Below, in pieces: positions 19,855 to 30,285 of a stretch of DNA of 44,183 bases. The position numbers and the translations under genes were made by a program. The notes under the pieces were generated by a model, which saw only the letters and a list, made by a program, of their open reading frames with translations, made no database searches and was not told where the DNA came from. The DNA is from Candidatus Dojkabacteria bacterium (GTDB taxonomy: Bacteria > Patescibacteriota > Dojkabacteria > GCA-002793355): NCBI GenBank assembly GCA_030583825.1, contig CP129477.1, positions 576,308-620,490 of the forward strand, read 5' to 3'. Every line of letters begins with the position of its first letter. The first letter of the stretch is position 1.

Positions 19855-22800
19855 ATGAAAGAACAAAGAGACATTAACAAAATTTGGAAATGGGGAGGCA
19901 TGATATTGCCTCTTATTGTCGTATTTGTACTTCTTGGGTGGGTATCACTTACAAAAAATGTAAATGCTGCCTGGTTCAATGACCTGTGGAGATTTAGGCA
20001 AAAGATCTCTATTTCTTCCGTAGTAACCATGTCGAATCAACAAATTGAGCTGATTGCGCTAGATACCCAGGCTCTCTACAATGCAGGTAAGCTCCAAGCA
20101 AACTGTGAAGATCTTCGATTTACTGATGTAGACGGAAACTTACTGCCATATTGGGTAGAAGAAAACGGTCAAACATGTGCTGCAAGTACTGCGAAGGACG
20201 TATGGATACTCATTCCTCAGGTATATACGACCGGAACAACAATTTATATGTATTACGGCAACGCAGGAGCAGAAGCTGAATCATCGGGAAAGCAGACATT
20301 TGAACTATTTGAAGATTTTAATGACGCAAACTTGCCTGGATGGTCAGTTGCAGGTAATCCAGCCGTAAGTGGTGGTTCAATCACACTCAATAGTGGAGAT
20401 AAAATTATGTCGGCCGGGCAGTTTATTGAGCATAGATTCCTTGCACGAGGAAGCCAATCATCTACAGCGCTTGACTCCGGAAGATTCGGATTTTCGAATG
20501 CCCCAATTAACTCGAACTTTAGTCTAGACGACAGTGCATTCTTTCTTTTTGATACGACAACCGGCGGTGGATTCGAATTCGGTGCCAGCAACGCTGGTGC
20601 TACAACATTGGATGCTGGCTCTGTTACAGAGACAACGTCAAATACAATATTCGACATAATTAAAGCCCCTGCAGTTGTCTCGAGTCGAGTAAATAATACC
20701 GATAATGGCGGCTTTATTTTGAGTAATATTCCAAACGCTACAATGAATGTCCGCCTTGAAAATACGGCTGCTTCTGGAACAATGACGTTTGACTGGGTTG
20801 CAATAACGAAAGCAATTTCGGTTCTTCCAACAATAGGCTTTGGTACCGAAGAAAAAGGTCGCTCGCCAATTGTGTATTTGTCATTTGATGAAGGCCAGGG
20901 ACAGGAAGTAAAATCATATGGGCCGAAGGTTTTGACAGGATATTTGGGCGGCTCAGCATCTATTCAGTCCAGTGATCCTCAGTGGCGTGATGATTGTATA
21001 AAAGGTAATTGCTTGTACTTTGATGGTACAAACGATATTCTCGATATTTCTCACGATGCAATAATGAACCTTGGAACGGGAGACTTTACAGTGAGCGTAT
21101 GGACAAAATATCCGTCGCAAGCTGGAGGAACAAATAATTATTCTGTTCTTGCAATTAAAGCATCTAATCCTAATACTCCATTCGAAGGGTTGACTATGAT
21201 GGTTGATCAACCATCTGATGGAAATATACATTTTCGAGTGAATTCCACGAATGTGTATAACTCGTCAGGTAAAACATATAACAATTATTCATGGAATCAC
21301 TTTGTGTTTATTCGTCAAGGAACACAATTAAAAATATATGTAAATGGTATTTTAATAGGAACCCAGAATATCGGGGTAGTTAATATAAGTAATACTGCGC
21401 CGCTGCGTTTTGGATCAAATCATATTGTAGCAACAAACCAGAATTATCAAGGATATGTTGATGAATTCAAGCTTTGGGATGTTGCTCTTACCGAGGCGGA
21501 AATATTACAGCAATATAATACAACAGGTCATGTTCTTGGCGCGTCAGTACCGCATTTGTATGACAAGCTTATAAGTTGGTGGAAAATGGATGAAAGTACT
21601 GCCAATAGTGCTTTTAGCGATTCTTCTGGACGGAATGTTAACGCAAGCCAAACCAGTAGTCCTGGACTGTCAACAGGGAGAATTGGAGGGGCGAGAACCT
21701 TTAATGGAACAAACCAGTTAGGAACTGTATCTTCAACGCTTTTTAATACACAGGAATTCACCATATCTTCGTGGGTATATGCGAGTACATTTGATCAAAA
21801 CGCTTCAATCTTTAGCAAGACAACGAATGGAAGCGACAATACTCAATACGCGTGCTTCTTCCAAACGACGCCATTTTCTACACCGTCAGTATTGATATTT
21901 AGAACTGTTCAAGGTTCAACACTATACGATTTATCCGTTACAGTTGCATCATCCGGGTTGCAGGTAAACCAGTGGAACCATGTTGTATGCACGTACGATG
22001 GTGAAACAAAGCAAATTTATATTAATGGCGCACTTAAAGCTCAGGAAAAAGTAAAACATACGATAAATACCGGTGGCGGCGTCGCAAGAATTGGCTCGCT
22101 AAATGGAGGATTCTTCTTAAACGGCCGATTGGACGATATGAAAATATTCGCACGCGGACTAAGTGCTCCAGAAATCGTTGCTTTGTACAATATTGACAAT
22201 ACACCAAATACTTACTGGAAGTTTGATGAAAAGTCCGGTACAACGGCATTTGATTCGTCTGTGCGTGGTTTGAACCTGGCAACTAGCGGTATGACAAATA
22301 CAAACTGGAGACTTGGAAAGAAAAGCAATGCACTCTACTTCGATGGAGTAGACGATAAAGCAACATCAGCAGCAAACACGGCAATTGATCGAACTGGAGT
22401 CATGTCTGTATCTCTTTGGGTAAATCGCGATATAGCCATAGGAACAGACGATACGATCTTTTCCAAATTTAAAGATGGATCATTCAATAAACAGTACGCA
22501 ATTACCGTAAATAACAATAAGATCAGGTTTGGAGACCAAGATGGTGGAATTGAAAGTACCACAACGATTTCTGACGATATTTGGTATCACATTGTGGGAA
22601 CATATAACGGAAATGGGGCAGCTTCGGGACTTTCACTGTATATCAATGGCGCAAAAGAAACGACCGCTAATTATGGAACTTTCAATGGAATTGAATCAGG
22701 CGCAAGTTTTGGATTGGTCGTAGGGCAAAAAGGCGATAACACTGAATACTTTGCCGGACTTGTGGACGATTTCAAAATTTGGGAGCATGAACTTTCTCTT

Positions 22801-25131
22801 GCTCAAGTGTTAAACGAGTTTTATGGCAAGCCTCAAAATGCTTCTTCGTTTGGGTCTTTCGAAAGAAAACTGACACTTTCGGCTGCAACGCCGCTTAATG
22901 ATTACCAAGTACGAATAGTTCTTAATACTGGCAATTTCGACTATTCAAAGGCAAAAAGCGATGGTGCCGATATTCGTTTTTATGATGTGACCGGTACAAA
23001 AATGAATTACTGGGTTGAATCATGGAATCCTGCGGGCAATTCGGTAGTATGGGTAAAAGTCCCCTCTGCAGGTACCTCAAGCGTCATTTTGCGCTATGGA
23101 GATGTCTCTGCAACATCGGAAAGTAGTGGTGCAGAAACATTTCTTTTCTTTACAGATCTTTCTTCTGATCCGGGACTTGCTGGCTCTAATTCTGTCGAAA
23201 GTTACGCAAATTATAATGCCGGCGGCTACATAGAGTATAGATTTAGAAGAGATGCAAACTCAGGTGTTGATAGATACTTTACTCTGCCTTCTACGACATC
23301 TGAAAATAACATTGCTATTGATTTTAGCTGGATTCGTATTTCGCAGCAGACTGGGACTTTTGGCGATGCGTTTGGATATATTGGCCTTTCCAAGAGCTCT
23401 TCAGGGAGTACTGTCCTAGGCTTTAATTACCAAACAGATACAGATTGTTGTGCAAATGCGGCATTCCGCGGAAGTGTTAATGACACGATGTATGGGTCAT
23501 ACTTGAGCTCGAATACAAGTGTATACCAAGTAACAACCGGTATTGACGGTACAACGGCAGAAACACGAGCGTATCAAAGCGGTAACCAAGTATATTCGAC
23601 AAGTGGAACTATTCCCGCAAACAGTGGTGGCTATACAAGATTTCAAATTTATCGCCAGAATTATGGTAATCCACAAGATTTTAATAATCATGTTGCGCGT
23701 ATTGACGATATTCGAGTACGAAAGTTTGTCAGTGGCAGTGGCGTTATTACTGCAACGGTTGAATCTGAAGTGGTATCTGCGCAATCTCTTAGTGTTCCTG
23801 TAGAGCTGAACGCTTCATCGCCAAAATCGGCACTATGGAAATTTGATGAGAAAACTGGAGCAACAGCAAATGATAGTAGTGGAAACAACTTAAATGCGAC
23901 ATTATTCAATACGACAAATGCAAATTGGGTGCTATCTAAAGTGGGGAATGGGCTTATACTGAATGGAACTGATCAATATGCAACGGTGCCAAATAATGTA
24001 TTACTCAATTCCGCAGATTTTACGATAAGCGCGTGGATAAAAACGACTCAAACGAGTAATGGAAGGGTCATTGTGAAAGAGTCAAATACAAACGGAAGCC
24101 AGCGATATGCTCTAGGAATAAACGTGGGGAGCGCAAATAAAGCAGAAATCCGTTTTGATGGCACTGGTGCCAATGTTGCTACAAGCACAACAGATGTAAA
24201 TGACGGTCAGTGGCACCATATTGTCGGCACATTCAGCGATACGAACAATAGACTGAGAATTTATGTTGATGGTAGATTAGAAGCACAAACAACGACATCG
24301 CAGACACCTCAAGCAAGTTCCGGTGAGCTGCAAATTGGCCGATTTGACGCTGAATTTGGGCACTACTTTAATGGTGCTATAGATAACCTAACATATTGGG
24401 GAGCTGAGTTAAGCCCACGCGATATAGCAATAGAGTATAACCAAGGATTACCGTTTTCGTGGTGGAAATTCGATGATATGCAGGGAGGAGTTGCAAGAGA
24501 TTATGGAGGCAGCGGTCTCAACGGTTCACTTACGAATATGGATCCACCAACTGACTGGCTCTCCGGAACCGATTGTAAATCAAATGGATGTCTCGACTTT
24601 GACGGTACAAATGACCGAATTGTTATACCTCATAACGCAAAATTAAGCTTTAACAGCGATTTCTCTTACTCGCTGTGGTTTTATGCTCGAAGTTTGCCTA
24701 CGGGAACGTATAGCCATCTCTTACGCAAAACAAATGGTGACGTAATGAACTATTCTTTGGCTGCAACAAGCTTATGGGGTGGTGATCCTGCAATTCAGTC
24801 GCTGGACTTTACTGTTCACGATGGCAGTTATCGCTCGGTACGGTGCCAAAATGTGGTGCAAGCAGGGCGTTGGTACCATGCGGCATTTCGGTTTATACGG
24901 AGCACGAATACAGTCGAGTTATACGTAAATGGTGCCCTATGTGGGCAGAGAACAGATGTGACTGGGAATTTGACTCAAAATACACAACCGCTCACCATTG
25001 GGTCAAAAAGTGCAGAAGCGACTACGTTTTGGAATGGTCAGATTGACGAAGTAAAGTTTTGGAACTATTCGCTGACGCCGGAAGATATAAAAAGGGACTA
25101 TAACTTAGGTGCTGCATTACGGTTTGAATAA
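19855..25131 (+). CDS. Giant secreted DUF2341 + LamG repeat protein B (internal second DUF2341)
   Basis: Same scaffold as A with five LamG modules; internal DUF2341 (DGADIRFYD..YWVESWN..VWVKVP); ends DYNLGAALRFE. Start chosen by homology to C and D; ATG 19828 with a GAGG SD is an alternative. Confidence 0.9.
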   Translation: MKEQRDINKIWKWGGMILPLIVVFVLLGWVSLTKNVNAAWFNDLWRFRQKISISSVVTMSNQQIELIALDTQALYNAGKLQANCEDLRFTDVDGNLLPYWVEENGQTCAASTAKDVWILIPQVYTTGTTIYMYYGNAGAEAESSGKQTFELFEDFNDANLPGWSVAGNPAVSGGSITLNSGDKIMSAGQFIEHRFLARGSQSSTALDSGRFGFSNAPINSNFSLDDSAFFLFDTTTGGGFEFGASNAGATTLDAGSVTETTSNTIFDIIKAPAVVSSRVNNTDNGGFILSNIPNATMNVRLENTAASGTMTFDWVAITKAISVLPTIGFGTEEKGRSPIVYLSFDEGQGQEVKSYGPKVLTGYLGGSASIQSSDPQWRDDCIKGNCLYFDGTNDILDISHDAIMNLGTGDFTVSVWTKYPSQAGGTNNYSVLAIKASNPNTPFEGLTMMVDQPSDGNIHFRVNSTNVYNSSGKTYNNYSWNHFVFIRQGTQLKIYVNGILIGTQNIGVVNISNTAPLRFGSNHIVATNQNYQGYVDEFKLWDVALTEAEILQQYNTTGHVLGASVPHLYDKLISWWKMDESTANSAFSDSSGRNVNASQTSSPGLSTGRIGGARTFNGTNQLGTVSSTLFNTQEFTISSWVYASTFDQNASIFSKTTNGSDNTQYACFFQTTPFSTPSVLIFRTVQGSTLYDLSVTVASSGLQVNQWNHVVCTYDGETKQIYINGALKAQEKVKHTINTGGGVARIGSLNGGFFLNGRLDDMKIFARGLSAPEIVALYNIDNTPNTYWKFDEKSGTTAFDSSVRGLNLATSGMTNTNWRLGKKSNALYFDGVDDKATSAANTAIDRTGVMSVSLWVNRDIAIGTDDTIFSKFKDGSFNKQYAITVNNNKIRFGDQDGGIESTTTISDDIWYHIVGTYNGNGAASGLSLYINGAKETTANYGTFNGIESGASFGLVVGQKGDNTEYFAGLVDDFKIWEHELSLAQVLNEFYGKPQNASSFGSFERKLTLSAATPLNDYQVRIVLNTGNFDYSKAKSDGADIRFYDVTGTKMNYWVESWNPAGNSVVWVKVPSAGTSSVILRYGDVSATSESSGAETFLFFTDLSSDPGLAGSNSVESYANYNAGGYIEYRFRRDANSGVDRYFTLPSTTSENNIAIDFSWIRISQQTGTFGDAFGYIGLSKSSSGSTVLGFNYQTDTDCCANAAFRGSVNDTMYGSYLSSNTSVYQVTTGIDGTTAETRAYQSGNQVYSTSGTIPANSGGYTRFQIYRQNYGNPQDFNNHVARIDDIRVRKFVSGSGVITATVESEVVSAQSLSVPVELNASSPKSALWKFDEKTGATANDSSGNNLNATLFNTTNANWVLSKVGNGLILNGTDQYATVPNNVLLNSADFTISAWIKTTQTSNGRVIVKESNTNGSQRYALGINVGSANKAEIRFDGTGANVATSTTDVNDGQWHHIVGTFSDTNNRLRIYVDGRLEAQTTTSQTPQASSGELQIGRFDAEFGHYFNGAIDNLTYWGAELSPRDIAIEYNQGLPFSWWKFDDMQGGVARDYGGSGLNGSLTNMDPPTDWLSGTDCKSNGCLDFDGTNDRIVIPHNAKLSFNSDFSYSLWFYARSLPTGTYSHLLRKTNGDVMNYSLAATSLWGGDPAIQSLDFTVHDGSYRSVRCQNVVQAGRWYHAAFRFIRSTNTVELYVNGALCGQRTDVTGNLTQNTQPLTIGSKSAEATTFWNGQIDEVKFWNYSLTPEDIKRDYNLGAALRFE

Positions 25132-25190
25132 CACGTCGCTCGACTTCTCAAAACGAGAAAACGTTTTGAGAAAGTCTCGCTCCGTATTAA
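25129..25190 (+). repeat. 62-bp hairpin spacer element, type B
   Basis: TAA-CACG-TCGCTC-GAC-TTCTCAAAACG-AGAAAA-CGTTTTGAGAA-A-GTC-TCGCTC-CGTAT-TAA; same geometry as type A with compensatory stem changes. Confidence 0.9.
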
Positions 25191-25226
25191 AAACGTGGGA
25201 AATAACCCACAAAGTGAAAGTAACAA

Positions 25227-28200
25227 ATGAAAGGACAAATAAACATTAACAAAATTTGGAAATGGTTAGGGCAGATTCTTCCTGTTTCGCTATTCTTTGT
25301 TCTTCTTGGATGGGTATCATTTACGAAAAGTGTAAATGCTTCCTGGTTTAACGAATTGTGGAGATACCGTCAACGAGTGGCTTTAGGATCGGTAACAACA
25401 GAATTAAGTGGTTACCAGGTTCAGTTAACAGGTATTAATACGCAATCGCTCTACAATGCTGGAAAAATCAAAGCAAACTGTGAAGACTTACGCTTCACTG
25501 ACAATGAAGGAAAGCTACTTGAATACTGGATAGAAGACGACGGCACAACCTGCCAAAATGATACGTCAACCGACGTGTGGGTAAAGACAACTCGGTTAGC
25601 TATCGGTGGTACAGCAATTTACATGTATTACGGAAATCCGGGAGCGGAGGCGTATCAAAGTCCTCACAATACATTTGAATTCTTCGATGGTTTTGATTCT
25701 GCGACACTTGACTCTTCTATCTGGGCAAGCTCCCAAGATCCGGCAATATCTTCAGGAAAATTACTTCTCAATAATGACAAAGCAGTACGCTCGTATGCTA
25801 CATTCGCTGCAAATTCACGCATTATCGTAAGAGCAAGCCAGCAAAGCACTGGTTTACGCAATGGATATCTTGGGTTTTCAAATGCAGTGTTGAGTAGCTC
25901 GTATATCGCTGATGACGCTATGGCCTATCAGTTTGACTCATCAACTGGTGGAAACTTCGAAGTCGTGTTTGGAAACGAAGGAACGACTTCTACGGATACA
26001 TTGTTACTACCTGAAAATTCATCAGATAATGAGTTTGAAATTGGCTGGTTGTCTAGCAGAATTGATTTCTTTGCTAACAATGATCTTCATACTTCGACAT
26101 CATCGGCCACCCATATTGCGGATGAGTCACTCAATATTCGTATGGAAAACTCTTCTGCAACAGAGACTTTATCTATTGATTGGGTAGCTGTCGCAAAATA
26201 TGCGGCGTCTTTGCCGGCAACAACAAGCTTTGGCACTGAAGAAAAAGGCAATGGGCCGGTTGTGTATCTTGATTTCGACGAGAGTGCAGGAACAACAGCA
26301 TTTGATAAATCTGGAAGTGGAAACAACGGAACATTGGTTAATGACCCATCAAGAGTATCCGATTGTATAAAAGGTAACTGCTTAAACTTCGACGGAACTA
26401 ACGATTTAGTGACAGTTGCTAATAATCCAAGCTTTAATTTTGGATCTGGGTGGACAATTTCTGCATGGGTGAATCCGGCGACGTCACAGACAACAAGCCC
26501 GACAATTTTTAGATACGGAACAAGCGCATCTTCTGAAGTTTTTATTCTTGATGCTCCATCTGGATTATGGAGAGTTGCTGCAAGAAATACTTCAAATGTT
26601 GCAACAATCATGTCCACAAGTGAGCCTATGGTTCCGAATAAATGGGTATATGTAGTAGCAACATTCAACGGCTCGACGCTAAGCCTTTGGCTTGATGGCA
26701 AACTTATTGCAACTCAGGCATTTTCAGGGACACCAAAAACAATTGGAAATACTACAATTGCGATAGGAAACTCTCCAGAGAACAGTAATGCGCTGCTTCG
26801 ATACCGAGGTCAGATTGATGAAGTGAAAATCTACGATAGAGCATTGTCACAATCGGATATTTATAAGGAATTCAGTCTTTATCACAATGTGCTGGGAGCC
26901 TCTGCGAACATTCAGCGCGATGGGCTTGCGGCGTGGTGGAAAATGGATGAAGCATTGTGGAATGGAACATCTGGAGAAGTAATTGATTCATCGCTAAATG
27001 GAAATAATGGATCACGAGGTGGAAATGTTACAACTTCGGGAGGCACTTTAGGAAATGCCGGCATCTTCGATGGCAATGATGACTATGTTGTAACATCGTA
27101 CATGTTGCCGACAAATAACGGAACAATGGCTGCATGGCTTTCAACAACTGCTCCAGCAACAACTCAGGTTGTGATTGGCCAGGAATCCTTAACTGCTGCA
27201 ACAGAAAATGGAATAAAAATCGTAACGTCTAAAATCCAGTGCCAAAAGAGAACAGCGACAGATACAATTTTGCTCACTTCTGCAACAACAGTTGTTGCAA
27301 ATACCTGGTATCACGCAGTATGTACATATTCTTCGGTAGATGGGGTAAAGCTTTATGTGAATGGCGTGCTCGAGGCGCAGTCTACGGACAAAGCGAACCT
27401 TACAGCTAACGGAACCTTTAGGTTCCACATTGGGGCGCATAGACATTCGGGTGGTTATGTAAGCGACTTTTCTGGAAAAATAGACGATGTTCGTATTTAC
27501 ACACGCGCAATTTCCGGCGAAGAAGCAAAAGATATATATACATTCACTCCTCCATCAACAGGAACATGGAAATTCGACGAAACTATCGGCACATCCTTCG
27601 CAGATACATCTTTGTCACAATTTACAGGAACACTTACTAATACAGTTGATTCTGACTGGACGACAGGAAAGATTGGCAATGCTATACGGTTTGATGGCAG
27701 TACTTCTTATGGAACAGTTACGCATGACGTAAAGCATAACATTCTTGCAGGAGGATCTTTTACTATCTCTGCATGGGTAAAAACGAATGGAACAATTTCT
27801 GCCGTGCAACATATTGTTGGAAAAGGCGGTAGTAGCGCAGGTGGAGTAGGCTATAACCTTTACTTTACTGCTGCTGGAAACATCGCCTGTGGTATTGATG
27901 ACGACGCGACTTCATTCCCCGAAGATGTCGCAACCTCTGCGTCTGACTATGACGACAGCAACTGGCACTTTGTTATCTGTACCAAAACTCAAGCACGCTT
28001 GGAGGTCTACGTAGATGGCCTTCTTGCTGGGGCAGATACGTCTTTATCGTCTACAGGCTCGCTCGCAAATACAGAAAACTTACGCTTTGGAGGTCAGGGA
28101 ACATCATACTTTAACGGCATTTTGGATGAAGTAAATCTCTACACGCATGCAATGCCGTACGAAACAATTCAACGAATGTATTCTCAACAAAGACCAACAT

Positions 28201-30191
28201 ACGGTGTATTAAGTACAAACGGGTTGGTAGGCTATTGGAAATTTGATGAAACTTCTGGCACTGCTGTGACAGATGGCTCAGGGTTGGGAAATCATGGAAC
28301 TGCCGTTAATGGTGCAAGTATTACGTCGGGAATAAGTGGAAATGCTCGCGACTTTAGCGGTTCGAGCCAATATATTTCGTTCTCTTCGCCAAGCGGTATC
28401 CCTCTTGGGGGATCGCAATATTCCATTTCAGCTTGGTTCTGGGCAGACTCAGGTGGATCTCGTGGAATCGTCGGGTGGGGGAACTTTGGAGCAAGTAATC
28501 AAGTAAATGCCTTACGACTTGATGAAACTTGTTGTTTCAGACATTACTGGTGGGGAAATGACTTGGATGTAAATGTAGGTTCAACGACGGGAAAATGGAA
28601 TCATGTTGTGGTCACTTACGACGGTGCAACTCGCCGGTTATATTTTAATGGAGCACAGGCCGGTTCTCTTAATTCATCGTCAATTAATGTCCCTCATGCG
28701 AATAACTTGCGTATTGGTTCTACTAATAACGGAGAGTTTTTTGACGGAAGGATTGACGAATTAAGCATATGGAATAGGCCACTCTCTGCGGGAGAAATTA
28801 GCTTACTGTACAACATGCAGTCAGTATCTTCGATTGCAGAAGGAAGTAATAAAACACTTTCTGTAACGACAGAAGTGCAGTCAAAAGGTTCAGTAATGCA
28901 GCTGCTCTTTGACCATAAATCGGGGGCAGTTGCGTCTGATTCCTCTGGAAATAATTATGCCGGAACACTTCAAAATATGAGTGCTTCCAGTTGGGTTAAA
29001 GGATATCTGGGGTCAGCGCTTAGCTTTGATGGTGATAATGACTATGTCTCATTTGCTAATTCTTCGGTTGCAAATGTGACAGGAAGTACGATGACTATCT
29101 CGTTTTGGTTATATCCAAAAACATTTGCTCATCAAAATACAATTATTCATAAAGATCAGCAGTATTCGTTTAATATTGATACTTCAGGAAACGTTGCGTG
29201 GGCAGAAAGCTCGAATTTCAGTTACTCAAACTTCGGATACAGCAATATTGGTCTTGTAACAAATCAGTGGCAGCATGTCATGTTAGTGAAAAATGGATCA
29301 AATATAAAGATATATCGAAACGGTATTCTCCGCGCAGAAAAAACTTTTGGTGGAAACCTTTCTTCAACAGGAAATATTCTTGCGGTTGGATGTTACTTTT
29401 ATAGCGGTGTTTGTGACAATATTGTTGACCAAAACTTTGAGGGAATGCTCGATACACTAAAAATATGGAATACTGCTCTCAGTCCACGAGACGCGGCAAT
29501 AGAATATAATGCAGGAATGCCTATTGGTTACTGGAAATTTGATCGTGGCGAAGGGAACATTGCGCACGATTATAGTGGCAATGCATTTCATGGAACACTT
29601 ATGAACATGGATCCTGCGAATGACTGGCTTGCTGCTTCTAATTGTAAATTTAACGCATGTCTGGATTTTGACGGCAGTAATGACTATATTTCAGTTCCTG
29701 ATGACAATGCTCTCGACTTTACGTCAACAATGAGTATTTCTATGTGGATATATCAGCGTAGTGCTATCGCTAATGGTTACAGAATTGTAGACAAAGGAAC
29801 TGCTGGGTTAGACAATGGGTTAAACTTTGATACGTATAATGGCGTTAATGGCAGAGGATTACGTTTATGTGGCGCTGGCGGATGTTATACAGCAAGCGGG
29901 CAACGGGAATTAAATCGTTGGTATCATGTTGCTTTGGTATTTAACAATGGCACTTTACAGTTTTATATAGATGGAAAACTTGATACTTCAACAACGACAA
30001 CCAATCCGGTTTTGTTTACAAATAATTTAGATTTGAGAATTGGTGCCGCGCATGTGGGCTGTTCCGGAGCCTGTGGAAACACAGAATATTTTAATGGAAG
30101 GATGGATGATGTCAGAATTTATAGCTATCCTCTGACAGAAAATGATATTAAAAGAGATTATAACTTAGGTGCTGCGTTGCGTTTCGAATAA
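25227..30191 (+). CDS. Giant secreted DUF2341 + LamG repeat protein C (1654 aa)
   Basis: Signal peptide, DUF2341, six LamG modules; ends DYNLGAALRFE. Confidence 0.9.
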   Translation: MKGQININKIWKWLGQILPVSLFFVLLGWVSFTKSVNASWFNELWRYRQRVALGSVTTELSGYQVQLTGINTQSLYNAGKIKANCEDLRFTDNEGKLLEYWIEDDGTTCQNDTSTDVWVKTTRLAIGGTAIYMYYGNPGAEAYQSPHNTFEFFDGFDSATLDSSIWASSQDPAISSGKLLLNNDKAVRSYATFAANSRIIVRASQQSTGLRNGYLGFSNAVLSSSYIADDAMAYQFDSSTGGNFEVVFGNEGTTSTDTLLLPENSSDNEFEIGWLSSRIDFFANNDLHTSTSSATHIADESLNIRMENSSATETLSIDWVAVAKYAASLPATTSFGTEEKGNGPVVYLDFDESAGTTAFDKSGSGNNGTLVNDPSRVSDCIKGNCLNFDGTNDLVTVANNPSFNFGSGWTISAWVNPATSQTTSPTIFRYGTSASSEVFILDAPSGLWRVAARNTSNVATIMSTSEPMVPNKWVYVVATFNGSTLSLWLDGKLIATQAFSGTPKTIGNTTIAIGNSPENSNALLRYRGQIDEVKIYDRALSQSDIYKEFSLYHNVLGASANIQRDGLAAWWKMDEALWNGTSGEVIDSSLNGNNGSRGGNVTTSGGTLGNAGIFDGNDDYVVTSYMLPTNNGTMAAWLSTTAPATTQVVIGQESLTAATENGIKIVTSKIQCQKRTATDTILLTSATTVVANTWYHAVCTYSSVDGVKLYVNGVLEAQSTDKANLTANGTFRFHIGAHRHSGGYVSDFSGKIDDVRIYTRAISGEEAKDIYTFTPPSTGTWKFDETIGTSFADTSLSQFTGTLTNTVDSDWTTGKIGNAIRFDGSTSYGTVTHDVKHNILAGGSFTISAWVKTNGTISAVQHIVGKGGSSAGGVGYNLYFTAAGNIACGIDDDATSFPEDVATSASDYDDSNWHFVICTKTQARLEVYVDGLLAGADTSLSSTGSLANTENLRFGGQGTSYFNGILDEVNLYTHAMPYETIQRMYSQQRPTYGVLSTNGLVGYWKFDETSGTAVTDGSGLGNHGTAVNGASITSGISGNARDFSGSSQYISFSSPSGIPLGGSQYSISAWFWADSGGSRGIVGWGNFGASNQVNALRLDETCCFRHYWWGNDLDVNVGSTTGKWNHVVVTYDGATRRLYFNGAQAGSLNSSSINVPHANNLRIGSTNNGEFFDGRIDELSIWNRPLSAGEISLLYNMQSVSSIAEGSNKTLSVTTEVQSKGSVMQLLFDHKSGAVASDSSGNNYAGTLQNMSASSWVKGYLGSALSFDGDNDYVSFANSSVANVTGSTMTISFWLYPKTFAHQNTIIHKDQQYSFNIDTSGNVAWAESSNFSYSNFGYSNIGLVTNQWQHVMLVKNGSNIKIYRNGILRAEKTFGGNLSSTGNILAVGCYFYSGVCDNIVDQNFEGMLDTLKIWNTALSPRDAAIEYNAGMPIGYWKFDRGEGNIAHDYSGNAFHGTLMNMDPANDWLAASNCKFNACLDFDGSNDYISVPDDNALDFTSTMSISMWIYQRSAIANGYRIVDKGTAGLDNGLNFDTYNGVNGRGLRLCGAGGCYTASGQRELNRWYHVALVFNNGTLQFYIDGKLDTSTTTTNPVLFTNNLDLRIGAAHVGCSGACGNTEYFNGRMDDVRIYSYPLTENDIKRDYNLGAALRFE

Positions 30192-30250
30192 GACCTCGCT
30201 CCGGTCTGCAAAAAGAAAAAACTTTTTGCAGAACCGTCGCTCGGTTCTAA
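30189..30250 (+). repeat. 62-bp hairpin spacer element, type A (second copy)
   Basis: Base-for-base identical to 19753-19814. Confidence 0.92.
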
Positions 30251-30285
30251 AACGTGGGAAATAACCCACAAAGTGAAAGTAAAAA

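Noticed and set aside
19753-30250. Spacer elements as integron attC sites, CRISPR repeats or intrinsic terminators
   Set aside because: No matching RYYYAAC/GTTRRRY ends and no integrase in view; spacing is about 5 kb, not CRISPR-like, with no cas genes; no U-tract after the stem. Kept as an unclassified element.
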